A stretch of 64,000 nt of DNA from Flavobacteriales bacterium (GCA_040377305.1 JBEIPA010000010.1:32001-96000), one strand, 5' to 3'; shown: positions 27,746 to 38,341, counted from the stretch's first letter. Made by a program: numbers and translations. Notes: a model not told the origin generated them from the letters alone.

Positions 27746-28708
27746 TTATTTAGTTTGTTTCATTCCAATTTTATAGCGGTAACGAGGAACACCACCGATT
27801 GGTACAGTGTAAAAAGGCAACAGCTCGCCGTACTGATTCGTGATGAACACCACTATGTTATTATTCCGAACTGCATTCTGCTTAACAAACTGTACATCAA
27901 GTGAGGTATTGATTTCGTCCATCACTGTAGGATGTGTAGTGTCGACCCACTTTCCATCACCGTCCGCTTTGAAAAGCTCTCCCTTTTTAGCAACAGAAAT
28001 AATACGGACCATTCCATCCCGGTCGTAGTCGAAAATATTAATCTTAACTGCGATTACATTTTGAGAGACAAACGGGTATATGTGTGAGATGGATCCGACA
28101 GCATCGGGCAGGCGAAAGCAGAACTCGTATGCAAAAGAATTACCACCTTCCAATTCCACATTCGCATCGCGCTTCGACGACAAAAACAATTTGTACAGGT
28201 TGCCATCATCCCCCTCAAGTCCTTCAATGATGAGTTTGAAAACATATCCGCCGAACTCTGGCTGTAACTCCCCTTCAATCGGACTGAACGGTCCGAACGT
28301 ATACCATTTTCCATCATAGGCAGTGTCCTGACTGAACGTCATCGATTTCAATTGCACACCAATTCTGAAATTTCCAACGGGATCTTGTTTCCGTGCATCC
28401 GCATTTGAGTGACAACCTTCGCCACCATATACAGTAAAACGCGTCGTGGTATTAAAGCCTCCCTTATTTTCATCACACCCTCCGCCTGCATCAGCATCAA
28501 AAACCCGTATGTATAAAGGTTGGTTGGAGCTTTTAGGAATACAGAAGAAAAATGTCTGCACGAAATCGTCATCACCCCACGATTTGTCAGCTCCATTACC
28601 GAATGTGACAAGAAACGGAAAGTTCTGATCCAGGGCCGGAACCTGTTGCCCATATATGGTAGAACCAAGAAGGGAGAATACGAGGATTGGGAGTAAACGC
28701 TTTTTCAT
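27746..28708 (-). CDS. Secreted protein of unknown function
   Basis: Likely start MKKRLLP at 28708; signal peptide; Asp-rich motifs WGDDDF, YIRVFDAD, GDDGNLY, FDYDRDG. Confidence 0.8.
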   Translation of the reverse strand: MKKRLLPILVFSLLGSTIYGQQVPALDQNFPFLVTFGNGADKSWGDDDFVQTFFFCIPKSSNQPLYIRVFDADAGGGCDENKGGFNTTTRFTVYGGEGCHSNADARKQDPVGNFRIGVQLKSMTFSQDTAYDGKWYTFGPFSPIEGELQPEFGGYVFKLIIEGLEGDDGNLYKLFLSSKRDANVELEGGNSFAYEFCFRLPDAVGSISHIYPFVSQNVIAVKINIFDYDRDGMVRIISVAKKGELFKADGDGKWVDTTHPTVMDEINTSLDVQFVKQNAVRNNNIVVFITNQYGELLPFYTVPIGGVPRYRYKIGMKQTK

Positions 28709-28712
28709 AATT

Positions 28713-30140
28713 TCAATTGACCACAGTTTTTTTGACAACACACCGACTCTCGGTTGCGCCCGTTTCTTTGTTCTTCAGTAATAAATAAATACGCGGATAG
28801 TAAACTCCAGTGCGGTGATAAGCATGCGTAAGTACGATACCTGTTCCGGTTGTACCATTGTCCAGATCATAGTACGCACTTAACAATTCATATTGCTTAG
28901 GATCAATCACCGCAGTGCCAATCGTAAACAATTGATGTTGCTTAATGGAATCCGGCGAATTAATATTCATGTAATTGGGCTGTGCGATACTGAATTCATA
29001 ATTCGTCTCGCTAATGATTACATCACCGCCCGAACTATCCCGCACGGTAAGAAGTATGGAGTACTCACCGGTTGTGTCAAAACACTTTTTGAGTTCATAT
29101 CCGTAATGAACAGTCCCGTCACTGAAGTTCCAGGTATATTTCATCTTCGCTGTGTCTCCGTTGCGCACGGTTGCTTCTTCGAAAAAGTCATAACAAAGTT
29201 CCACGGGCACAATCGTATCCTGTCGGTCTGCCGCGGGCCAGGAGTACGTGAAGTAGTAAATATCATCGTCTGCTTTTTCGTTCCCCCGATTGGAGGAAAA
29301 GAATCCTTCGGTATTCGTCGCATTCACGTAAAATGCAAAATCGTCTGCCGAAGAATTGATAGGATATGAAAGTCGTTGCACAGTGGAGTACGCTGTATCA
29401 GCAATTGCAATCGCAAGAATATCAAGTCCACCTGAACCGCCTGAACGGTTGCTGCTGAAATACAATACACCTGTTGCGGAACAGAATGGGAACAATTCAT
29501 TGTAGGGAGAGTTAATCTTTCTGCCCGCATTAATTGGCTGTGACCAGTTCGATCCGACTTTGTATACATAGTAGATGTCCATTCCTCCAAAGCCTCCGGG
29601 ACAATCCGACGCGAAGAATAACACAGAATCGCCTGAAGCAAATGATGGATGCACGTAATTGAAATCAGGGCCACAGAAAGCCAGTGCGCCTGCCTCCGTC
29701 CACTTGCCTTTCACGCGTAGCGATTGTAAAAGCGTCAACGTATTCTTATTTCTTGCGTTGCCGGTGTAGATTGCTGCCTGATGATCGCTGCTGAATGTTA
29801 CGGGACCTTCATTATAGGAACGCGTATTCAGTGCTTCTGAAAATGCAACCGGATGTGAGAATTCACCAGACCTTGTTTTCCGCACATAATACAAATCAAG
29901 CAAAGGATTATCGCGATCAGCGCTGAAGAAGCGCACTGCCAGATCATCGGAACGGCCAGAAGAGAAAACATATCCCTGATCATAAGGAGTCGCCGCGAAA
30001 TCTGAAACCTTCGAATTGAATTCAGGTTTAATACACTTGAACCAGGCTGTATCCGTGTTCATTCCTAATAACACACTGCCGTTCTGCGCAGAAAGAATCT
30101 GCACGCACAGCAAAGCGTGAATCAGGAACAGTGTTCTCAT
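28713..30140 (-). CDS. PD40 (TolB-like propeller) + PKD protein, PorE-like but without TPR and OmpA domains
   Basis: LFFASDCPGGFGGMDIYY, LYFSSNRSGGSGGLDI, GFFSSNR...DDDIY repeats; C-terminal YTWNFSDG and YYDLDNG PKD-like domains. Confidence 0.82.
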   Translation of the reverse strand: MRTLFLIHALLCVQILSAQNGSVLLGMNTDTAWFKCIKPEFNSKVSDFAATPYDQGYVFSSGRSDDLAVRFFSADRDNPLLDLYYVRKTRSGEFSHPVAFSEALNTRSYNEGPVTFSSDHQAAIYTGNARNKNTLTLLQSLRVKGKWTEAGALAFCGPDFNYVHPSFASGDSVLFFASDCPGGFGGMDIYYVYKVGSNWSQPINAGRKINSPYNELFPFCSATGVLYFSSNRSGGSGGLDILAIAIADTAYSTVQRLSYPINSSADDFAFYVNATNTEGFFSSNRGNEKADDDIYYFTYSWPAADRQDTIVPVELCYDFFEEATVRNGDTAKMKYTWNFSDGTVHYGYELKKCFDTTGEYSILLTVRDSSGGDVIISETNYEFSIAQPNYMNINSPDSIKQHQLFTIGTAVIDPKQYELLSAYYDLDNGTTGTGIVLTHAYHRTGVYYPRIYLLLKNKETGATESRCVVKKTVVN

Positions 30141-31015
30141 CGGAATCGTGGATTAGCACGCTGAACAGTGTAACCAAAGTCATAACGCAACAGTATTTCA
30201 TGCGAACCGGAAGAGTATGACCTCAAATTCGATGTCGAAAAATCGTAGGAATAACCAACGGAGCACTGATCATTCACCCGCACATTCGCCATCGCAACCA
30301 TTGCGTCTTTGTGACGGTAACCCACGCCGAAGCCAATGCGGTCGCGTAACATGCAATTCGCATTTACATCAAATTGGTGGTAGCCTTTCGTCATGACTCT
30401 TCCCAACGTAGAAATGGTGAAGCGCGCTTTCTGCACATCTCCGAAACGAACTCCGGTAAATACCTGAATGGGCTGATCGGAAATACCACCCGGTTCACCC
30501 ATCACCGTGCGATTCGAAATACCGAAAAAGAAATGTTCGGAGTTCATTGACACTCCGTAACCAATTGTGAATCGTGTGTATTGGTCATTCGCACTGAACG
30601 CAGCATCTCCCTGCGCATTGGTTACAATCTCACTCCAGTTGTTTCTGAATAACTCTGCTCCCGGCGCAATTCCTGCAGCGAATGAAACGCGAGGAGTAAT
30701 AATTCTGTATGCGTACGAAAGACTTACCTCTGAGCGATGAATAACAGCAAGATTATCCTGCGCAGCAATCAAACCGATGTTATGATGCAGGTTCTTTACC
30801 GGAGAATGAATGGTAAACACAAATGTTTCCGGTGCACCATTAAAGCCGAGCCACTGCTTACGCGCGCTGAGTGTTGCCGACATGTAACCAATTTCTCCCG
30901 CGTTTGCCGGATTAATGGTCATTGGATTATTCATATACTGCGTCTGCAAAGGATTGAATTGCGCAATCGCAGCGAATGAGATGAGAACAAAAACAAACGT
31001 CAACGTTCTTTTCAT
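30137..31015 (-). CDS. PorP/SprF-family T9SS outer-membrane protein
   Basis: TQYMNNPMTINPANAG, RKQWLGFNGAPET, GYSYDF, GSHEILLRY signatures; lies directly after a type-B CTD gene. Confidence 0.93.
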   Translation of the reverse strand: MKRTLTFVFVLISFAAIAQFNPLQTQYMNNPMTINPANAGEIGYMSATLSARKQWLGFNGAPETFVFTIHSPVKNLHHNIGLIAAQDNLAVIHRSEVSLSYAYRIITPRVSFAAGIAPGAELFRNNWSEIVTNAQGDAAFSANDQYTRFTIGYGVSMNSEHFFFGISNRTVMGEPGGISDQPIQVFTGVRFGDVQKARFTISTLGRVMTKGYHQFDVNANCMLRDRIGFGVGYRHKDAMVAMANVRVNDQCSVGYSYDFSTSNLRSYSSGSHEILLRYDFGYTVQRANPRFR

Positions 31016-34000
31016 AGCGTTGTTCGTTTTATGGCAATGAAGCCGGTGAATACTTTTGCTTCGTCCGCTTTCAGCACGTAATAATAAATGTCATCCGGAA
31101 GCTGTTCTCCGTTCATGCCGGTTCCATTCCAGTTGTTCTCGTAGTGTTGCGACACATAAACCTGATTTCCCCAGCGATTGAACACTTCAAATGCCGGACT
31201 TTCGAATTCATCGAGGCCAGTGACTTCAAAATATTCGTTCACACCATCTCCATTTGGGGAGAACCCACTCGGCACGATTAACTGCAGAATTTCAATGCGC
31301 ATGTCATCTGAATTTTCAGGACACGTTCCGTTCGAACTCCTCCATCTCAGAATATTTACACCGGGCGACAAATTTGAAACACGTGTGAATGGATCGTGAA
31401 TGTCATCGAATGTTCCTGAACCCTGAACGAAAGACCAAGTGCCCAATCCTGTGTCAATTGGATTTGCAGCGAGTTGAAACGACGTATTGTATCCTACAAT
31501 ATCCGGCCCGGCCAGCGCAACAGTTGGAGGTGAATACACCGTAATAGAAACAGTATCGGGTTCAGAGATGCAGAAACCATTTTGTGTGGTCCACTGGTAA
31601 TTCCATGTTCCGGCAGATAGTGTTGGCAGAATAGCGTTCGCATTTGTGGAATCCGGAATTGCAGGACTACCGTTAATGCTTTGCCAAAAACCTGTACCCA
31701 ATGATGGAGCTTGTGCCTGCAATGAAATTTGTTCTCCGCAAGCAAATAGATCTGACCCGGCATTTGCAAGCGATGGAAGTTGATTGTAAGTGATAACCAC
31801 GGTGTCTGTATTAGAAGCACAACTACCATTGGTGATGGTCCAAACGAAAATGTTCTGACCTACAGAAAGATTATTCACTTCGCATTCCGGTGACAACGCA
31901 TTGCTTAATGTTGCACCACCGCCGATCACGCTCCATACGCCATCGCCAATGACCGGTGTGTTTCCGAACAACGTGTCAAGCGGCAAACAACTATTCACAT
32001 CTGAACCTGCTGTTGCCTGTGAAGGAAAATCATGACGCGTAATTACAACGGTATCTGCAAGAGACGGGCAAGTTCCATTCGATGTTGTCCACACAAATTC
32101 GTTCACGCCTACTCCTAGCTGAGTAACCGGAGTGACTGGTGAATTTGGATTTGCAATAACACCGCTGCCGGAAATCAAGGTCCAAAGTCCTGAACCAATT
32201 ACTGGTGTATTCCCATTCAACGTATCTGTTGGCGAACAACGGGAATGATCGACACCGGCGTTCGGAATTGTTGCAGTAGGATCGACTACAAAAATGACCA
32301 GATCGTTTGACGAAGGACAAACTCCGTTTGAAGTTGTCCATTGAAAAATATTTACGCCAACCGGAATGCCCGTTACATTGCTCGTAGGCAAAGTAGGATT
32401 CGTGATAACACCCGTACCTGCAATTACAGACCAGAGGCCCGTTCCAACTAACGGCGTATTTCCATTGAGTTGCTGCGTGGAAGAGCAGATCGTTAAATCA
32501 GATCCTGCATCGGCTGTTGTTGGATTCTCATCTACTGTGATCGTAACCTGATCTGTTGACGAAGGACATGTACCATTGGAAATTGTCCACTGGAAAATAT
32601 TGTTTCCTATGCCCAGAGAATTTACGCTGGTATTATCGGATGCAGGTGACACGATATTTCCACTTCCCGTAACGAGTGTCCACACACCGGTTCCGGTTGC
32701 CGGATTGTTCGCATTTAAAAACGCAGAAGCAGAACACAAGGTCTGGTCACTTCCGGCAACTGAAGTACTCGGCATTGCATCAACGGTAATCGTTACCTGA
32801 TCGTTAGATGATGGACAAGTGCCGTTTGAAATTGTCCATTCGAAAATATTATTGCCAACTCCAAGCGCAGTAACAGCAGAATTTTCGGATGCTGGATTCG
32901 CAATCGTTCCTGAACCCGAGATGAGTGTCCACATTCCTGATCCCGAAACAGCTGCATTTCCATTCAGTGTTGCATTCGAACTGCAAATGGTTTGATCAGC
33001 TCCCGCAACAGAGATAGTCGGCACAGAATCAACCGTAATTGTGACCTGATCAGAGGAAGACGGACAAACTCCATTAGAGATTGTCCATTGAAAAACATTC
33101 ACTCCAACTCCAAGAGAATTTACGGTGGTATTTTCGTTGGTAGGATTTGTAATTGTTCCGATACCTGAAACAAGTGTCCACAATCCAGTTCCGGTGATCA
33201 CATTGTTTGCATTCAGAAATGCACTGCTGTTACACAACGTCTGATCACTTCCCGCTGCAGCGGTATTCGGTGCTGCATCACGCGTAATTGTTACCTGGTC
33301 TGAAGATGAAGGACAGGTTCCATTGGAAATGGTCCATTCGAAAACATTGTTACCAACACCGAGTCCGGTTACACCTGAATTCTCTAAAGAAGGATTTGAC
33401 ACTGTTCCTGTTCCGGAAACAAGTGTCCACGAACCTGTACCGATTGTAGGAACATTTCCGTTCAGGGTTGCACTCGAACTGCAAATCGTTTGATCAACTC
33501 CGGCAACAGAGGTAGTCGGCATTGCATCAACTGTAATCGTCACCTGATCTGTTGATGAAGGACATGTTCCGTTTGAAACCGTCCATTGAAAAACGTTCGC
33601 ACCTACACCGAGTGAATTCACAGTCGTGTTGTCGCTGTTTGGAGTTACAATGGTGCCGGTACCTGTCACGAGCGTCCACAAACCTGTACCCACTGTAGGA
33701 TTGATCGCATTCAAAAATGCCGTCGAACTGCACAAGGTTTGATTGCTTCCTGCAAAAGCTGTACTCGGATTTGCATCACGCGTAATCGTAACCTGATCAC
33801 TTGACGATGGACATGTACCACTGGAGATTGTCCACTGAAAAACATTGTTACCCACTGCTAAACCGGTGATTCCTGAACTTGCCGAATTCGGAGTAGTGAT
33901 TGTTCCTGAACCCGATATCAATGTCCATGTTCCGGTGCCCGTAGTTGGAACATTTCCATTCAACGTTGCGGTTGATGCGCAAACGTTTTGATTCGCTCCC

Positions 34001-36423
34001 GCATTCGCAGTAGTTGGAAACGGATCAACTGTAATCGTCACCTGATCTGTTGATGAAGGGCATGTACCGTTTGAAACCGTCCACTGAAAAACATTCGCAC
34101 CTACACCAAGTGAATTCACAGTCGTGTTGTCGCTGGTTGGAGTTACAATGGTGCCTGTACCTGTTACGAGCGTCCAGAAACCCGTACCAACTGTAGGATT
34201 GATCGCATTCAAAAATGCCGTCGAACTGCACAACGTTTGATTTGATCCTGCATTGGCCGTTGTAGGATTTGCATCACGAGTAATTGTCACCTGATCACTT
34301 GATGATGGACATGTTCCGTTGGTGATGGTCCACTGAAAAACATTCGGACCAATTCCAAGTCCGGTAATATTGGAGCTCGGTGATGACGGTGTTGTAATCG
34401 TTCCGTTTCCTGAAACAAGTGTCCACGTCCCGATTCCAATCGCTGGCGTATTCCCGGATAGTGTTACAGTTGAGCTGCACAACGTTTGATCGGCGCCTGC
34501 GTTTGCTGTTGTAGGTACTGCGTGTTGTGTAATTGTCACCTGATCTGTCGAAGATGGACAAACACCGTTCGTAATCGTCCATTGGAAAACATTAGGTCCT
34601 ACTCCAAGCAGCGTGACACCTGAATTCGCAGCTCCCGGTGTAGTGATTGTTCCCGTACCTGAAATCAAGGTCCATATTCCTGTTCCAACCGCAGGTACGT
34701 TACCAGCGAGTGTTGCATTTGGACTACACAATGTTTGATCACCTCCTGCAGCGGCTGTTGTGGGTGAAGCATCGCGTGTGATGGTGACCTCATCAAAACT
34801 CACACATCCTCCATTGGTAATTGTCCAACGAAAAACATTTGCTCCGATCCCTAATGCAGTGACACCGGAATTTTGCGAAGATGGAGTTGTAATGTTTCCT
34901 GCTCCGGAAATTAATGTCCATAATCCGGAGCCGCTCGATGGTGTGTTTCCATTCAGCGTCGCAGTCGATGCACACACCGTTTGGTCTATTCCTGCATTTG
35001 AAACAGTAACACCACACAATATTTTTGCAATGAAAATATCTTCACTGCTTGCAGATAGCGATGGTGTTGCGCCGAATGTTGTGTTGTTTGATTTGAAATA
35101 ACCGGTTACATAAACCGCATTCGGATACGAAGCTGAGATTCCATATCCTATTTCATCATCTGTACCCGTTGCACGCAACCCGCTAACAAAAACACCAGCA
35201 GAGTTGTAAGTTGACACAAATACATCCTCTGAGCTCGAGGTTACTGCAGGGCCTGAACCAAATGGCAAGGTGCCGTTCCAGGAGCCCGTTGCATATACAT
35301 TTCCAAAAGGTGAACAACTGATTTCATAAACATGATCGTCGCCTTGTCCGTTTTCAGAAACAGCCCATCCGTAATTTCCGGTTGTTGCGTCGTATTTAAT
35401 AATGCATCCATCATGATTGTTTGCTGTCGTAATAGTTGCCACAACTGTAACGCCCGAATTATAAAGGTTCATTGTGTTGTCAAAGAACCCACCTACATAA
35501 ACCGCATTGCCACCTATCGTCAAACAATTGCCTTCATCGTTAGCACTGCTCCCCGCTCTGCGTTGCCACAATCCGGTTGTTCCGGTGAGATTGTACTTTA
35601 CAACGAAAATGTCCGTTCCACCAATTGAAGCAAGTGAACCCACCTGATTCTGAAACGTGATAGTTGCATTCGTATAAAAGCCACTAACATATACTCCCGA
35701 AGCATCAACAGCAATTCCGTCTCCCCTGTCGTTTCCTGATGAACCACCTTTCAGTGCCCATTGTTCAGTTCCGTTTGCGCAGGAGTATGCTGCAATGAAA
35801 ACATCTTCACCACCCGATGATGTGAGCGGCGTTAAAGCACCAAATGTTGCAGTACCCGAAAAATAACCGGTTACAAAAACGTTTGTGCCATTCGTACAAA
35901 CAGACAACGCCTCATCTGCATTCGAACACGCAACATGTTTAGCCCACAATACCTGTCCCGCGGAATTGTATTTGGCTATAAATGCGTCTTTGTTACCTGC
36001 TGCGTTAAGAACAATATTGCTACTCCCATAAAAAGTTGTAGAACTCTCCATTGAACCACACACGTAGCTATTTCCTGCTGCATCGGTTGTAATTCCAAAA
36101 CCCCGTTGTTCTCCGGTACCTGCAATTTTTACTGCCCAGATTCCGTTTCCATTCGAATCATATTTTGTAACGTAGGCATCATCATTCCCGGACGAAGTCA
36201 GACTATTTGCATCGAAATCGGGTGAACCTTTGAAGAATCCGGTGGACAGAGAATTTCCACTGGCATCTGTCGCAATCGACATTCCGCGCTGATCACTGCC
36301 ACCCACCACACCTTCTGACCAGGTCCAGCTTGGTTGCGCATAAAGCATAGCCGGCAATAGAAAAACCATTGCAATTAATCCCCACTTTGAGGAGTGTTTT
36401 CCACAAAACAACAACCTACGCAT
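31012..36423 (-). CDS. Large T9SS type-B cargo adhesin: SBBP-type propeller + 15 Ig/PKD-like repeats of about 83 aa + gliding-motility-associated CTD
   Basis: N-terminal D..GN.YV.G.F and DAFIAKYN blades; 15 A(N)AG.DQT.C...G.WT...N.F.WT..NG.C repeats; CTD VPSGFSPNGDGVNE...FNRWG...YYYVL. Confidence 0.92.
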   Translation of the reverse strand: MRRLLFCGKHSSKWGLIAMVFLLPAMLYAQPSWTWSEGVVGGSDQRGMSIATDASGNSLSTGFFKGSPDFDANSLTSSGNDDAYVTKYDSNGNGIWAVKIAGTGEQRGFGITTDAAGNSYVCGSMESSTTFYGSSNIVLNAAGNKDAFIAKYNSAGQVLWAKHVACSNADEALSVCTNGTNVFVTGYFSGTATFGALTPLTSSGGEDVFIAAYSCANGTEQWALKGGSSGNDRGDGIAVDASGVYVSGFYTNATITFQNQVGSLASIGGTDIFVVKYNLTGTTGLWQRRAGSSANDEGNCLTIGGNAVYVGGFFDNTMNLYNSGVTVVATITTANNHDGCIIKYDATTGNYGWAVSENGQGDDHVYEISCSPFGNVYATGSWNGTLPFGSGPAVTSSSEDVFVSTYNSAGVFVSGLRATGTDDEIGYGISASYPNAVYVTGYFKSNNTTFGATPSLSASSEDIFIAKILCGVTVSNAGIDQTVCASTATLNGNTPSSGSGLWTLISGAGNITTPSSQNSGVTALGIGANVFRWTITNGGCVSFDEVTITRDASPTTAAAGGDQTLCSPNATLAGNVPAVGTGIWTLISGTGTITTPGAANSGVTLLGVGPNVFQWTITNGVCPSSTDQVTITQHAVPTTANAGADQTLCSSTVTLSGNTPAIGIGTWTLVSGNGTITTPSSPSSNITGLGIGPNVFQWTITNGTCPSSSDQVTITRDANPTTANAGSNQTLCSSTAFLNAINPTVGTGFWTLVTGTGTIVTPTSDNTTVNSLGVGANVFQWTVSNGTCPSSTDQVTITVDPFPTTANAGANQNVCASTATLNGNVPTTGTGTWTLISGSGTITTPNSASSGITGLAVGNNVFQWTISSGTCPSSSDQVTITRDANPSTAFAGSNQTLCSSTAFLNAINPTVGTGLWTLVTGTGTIVTPNSDNTTVNSLGVGANVFQWTVSNGTCPSSTDQVTITVDAMPTTSVAGVDQTICSSSATLNGNVPTIGTGSWTLVSGTGTVSNPSLENSGVTGLGVGNNVFEWTISNGTCPSSSDQVTITRDAAPNTAAAGSDQTLCNSSAFLNANNVITGTGLWTLVSGIGTITNPTNENTTVNSLGVGVNVFQWTISNGVCPSSSDQVTITVDSVPTISVAGADQTICSSNATLNGNAAVSGSGMWTLISGSGTIANPASENSAVTALGVGNNIFEWTISNGTCPSSNDQVTITVDAMPSTSVAGSDQTLCSASAFLNANNPATGTGVWTLVTGSGNIVSPASDNTSVNSLGIGNNIFQWTISNGTCPSSTDQVTITVDENPTTADAGSDLTICSSTQQLNGNTPLVGTGLWSVIAGTGVITNPTLPTSNVTGIPVGVNIFQWTTSNGVCPSSNDLVIFVVDPTATIPNAGVDHSRCSPTDTLNGNTPVIGSGLWTLISGSGVIANPNSPVTPVTQLGVGVNEFVWTTSNGTCPSLADTVVITRHDFPSQATAGSDVNSCLPLDTLFGNTPVIGDGVWSVIGGGATLSNALSPECEVNNLSVGQNIFVWTITNGSCASNTDTVVITYNQLPSLANAGSDLFACGEQISLQAQAPSLGTGFWQSINGSPAIPDSTNANAILPTLSAGTWNYQWTTQNGFCISEPDTVSITVYSPPTVALAGPDIVGYNTSFQLAANPIDTGLGTWSFVQGSGTFDDIHDPFTRVSNLSPGVNILRWRSSNGTCPENSDDMRIEILQLIVPSGFSPNGDGVNEYFEVTGLDEFESPAFEVFNRWGNQVYVSQHYENNWNGTGMNGEQLPDDIYYYVLKADEAKVFTGFIAIKRTTL

Positions 36424-36675
36424 CAGGCTGTAAGTATCAGTTTATCCCATCTTACACTATTGCGGTTATCACAATTTTCAACTTCTCTGTATACACTGAT
36501 TCAATTAAGATGCCATCGAAATCCGCAGAGTAATCATCGCCAAAAAACTTGCGCATCGTAAGAATGACCTATCAGATACCACCAAGCGTCGAGTTCTTCC
36601 AGATGAATTAAAACGCACCGATAAATTTGTCGCAGATGTAGCTTTCGCACATCACAACGATAAAACGCAAACGTT

Positions 36676-36984
36676 ATGAAACTGGCTCAACTCATTGAAC
36701 TCGACAAAGGATTCCAGGGTTATCTCGACCACGATCACTTCACGATCATTGCACCGGAAGGATCAGGAGCATTCGACGAATTTGTTCGCGAAGCAAAAAA
36801 TGAAACTGAAAATGCGGAAGAACCCGTCCTCGCCAACAAAGAGCGTGTGATGGAGATCATCCAAAACAAGTACATCGGAATGCCACTCACCATCTATTGG
36901 GTCACCAAACACTTCGGCGGCGGACTGCAGTTTAAGTCGCTGCAGGAGTATATTGAGCCGGGGAAGTATAGGCAGAGTGCGTAA
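36676..36984 (+). CDS. Hypothetical cytoplasmic protein
   Basis: 102-aa ORF with normal composition, divergent from the adhesin operon; no motif recognised. Confidence 0.65.
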   Translation: MKLAQLIELDKGFQGYLDHDHFTIIAPEGSGAFDEFVREAKNETENAEEPVLANKERVMEIIQNKYIGMPLTIYWVTKHFGGGLQFKSLQEYIEPGKYRQSA

Positions 36985-37082
36985 TTGTCACTCTACAAGG
37001 GTTGCTTTAAGGGAGAATCGATATTAAAAGCGGTTCATTCTCAGCCTACAGCAGAAAATTATTGAAAATCAGCGTTTTTTCG

Positions 37083-37112
37083 TTTGCAAAATTGAAAAAA
37101 CGTGTATTTTTG
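37083..37112 (+). promoter_or_regulatory. Bacteroidota promoter for tRNA-Asp
   Basis: TTTG at 37083-37086 and TATTTTTG at 37105-37112. Confidence 0.75.
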
Positions 37113-37151
37113 CGACCCCAAGCGGGTAAAACTGCAAAGGAATGACCTTAA

Positions 37152-37225
37152 GGATCGGTAGTTCAGCTGGTTAGAATATCGCCCTGTCACGGCGGAGGTC
37201 GCGGGTTCGAGTCCCGTCCGGTCCG
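37152..37225 (+). tRNA. tRNA-Asp (GTC)
   Basis: Cloverleaf: acceptor GGATCGG/CCGGTCC, D-arm GTTC/GAAT, anticodon loop CTGTCAC, T-loop TTCGAGT; CCA not encoded. Confidence 0.97.
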
Positions 37226-37229
37226 CAAG

Positions 37230-37256
37230 AAGCTCTCAGAAATGAGGGCTTTTTTG
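37230..37256. terminator. Terminator after the tRNA (also faces the convergent DUF4476 gene)
   Basis: AAGCTCTCA-GAAA-TGAGGGCTT followed by TTTTT. Confidence 0.8.
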
Positions 37257-37258
37257 TT

Positions 37259-38341
37259 TTACCGCCCTCCCGCATTTATAAACCTCCGCAACTCGTCTTT
37301 GTTACCCGTAAAGCTCAACTTGTCGACCAGTTGGTAGTAGTTCTGCTTATCAGGACACTTTGCATAACAGTGTTTGAAAATTACCATTTTCTCTTCGTCG
37401 AACGAGAACTCGTCAGCGAATGCTTTCAGTTGCTCCACATTAAAGCAGCGGTCATTCGACATAGACTTAATTAGGAGAACCTGATCATCATCAAAACTCT
37501 TCGCCTTCACTTGTTGCAATAGTCCACTGAATGCCTGTGCGGAAACCACACATGGTGGTGTGAGATAAGCCACGCAGAAATTATTCCACTCATCTTTTTT
37601 CGCAGGAACAGCAAACATAGCGCCTGCATACGAATAATGTTCCTGATCGTACACGCGTGCAAATCCATTCTTCATGACACGCATGCGATTGTCTTCGTTC
37701 GTCAGCAAGCTTGCAAGCTTCATGTGTTGTGTAAGACTCATGCAGTTTGCAGTCATCGCGTTTTCGATGGCAACAATTTTAGATTCCTCTGTGGGCTGCC
37801 GAAAAACATTATTCGAAATGGTGCCGAACTGTTGCTCGGTAATCACCGGACCTGCACAACCTTTCGATCCTGTGGTGCGCACTGTATCCGGATAGAACCA
37901 GGTTGGATAAGTTGGGCTTTGCGCAGAGGACGGAGGCGGCGGTGGTGGTGTTACAATAACTGTATTTGTATTCACCGGACCGACTGGCTTGTAGTGCTCA
38001 ACGTGATCGTACAACCGCAATGCGTACGAGAATGTTGTAAACGCATCATACACCACGAAGAATGATGAGGTGTCTGTCACTTTTGGATATGCTCTTTCAC
38101 AAACGATGAGTCGGATAGAATCGGATGTGAACAATTGCGCAAGTGTTTTGAGCTGCTGTGAGCTCACACAATTTGCAGTTACAAACTGTTCGGCCTTCAC
38201 CTGCTTGCTTACATCTCCTCTGAGAATAGCAATCTGGTTAAAGTTCTGCTGAAATGTTTCGTTGGACACAGGCATACGGCATCGCTGTGCAGTAAGCATT
38301 CCGGAAGCGCAAATGAATGCGAGGAGTAGTATTTTCTTCAT
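37259..38341 (-). CDS. Secreted protein with three DUF4476-like domains
   Basis: Three helical repeats (C.SSQQLK.LA.LFTSD..RL; CMS..Q...LA.LLTNE.NRM; CFNVEQLK.F...FSFDEEKM) with a Pro-rich linker. Confidence 0.75.
   Translation of the reverse strand: MKKILLLAFICASGMLTAQRCRMPVSNETFQQNFNQIAILRGDVSKQVKAEQFVTANCVSSQQLKTLAQLFTSDSIRLIVCERAYPKVTDTSSFFVVYDAFTTFSYALRLYDHVEHYKPVGPVNTNTVIVTPPPPPPSSAQSPTYPTWFYPDTVRTTGSKGCAGPVITEQQFGTISNNVFRQPTEESKIVAIENAMTANCMSLTQHMKLASLLTNEDNRMRVMKNGFARVYDQEHYSYAGAMFAVPAKKDEWNNFCVAYLTPPCVVSAQAFSGLLQQVKAKSFDDDQVLLIKSMSNDRCFNVEQLKAFADEFSFDEEKMVIFKHCYAKCPDKQNYYQLVDKLSFTGNKDELRRFINAGGR

Noticed and set aside
31400-35000. Regular repeats of about 249 bp that could suggest an array
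   Set aside because: These are coding Ig/PKD-like repeats inside the adhesin. There is no repeat-spacer structure and no cas gene anywhere in the window.
37152-37260. tRNA-Asp as a genomic-island integration site
   Set aside because: No integrase and no duplicated tRNA 3' end was seen; a terminator and ordinary genes follow.
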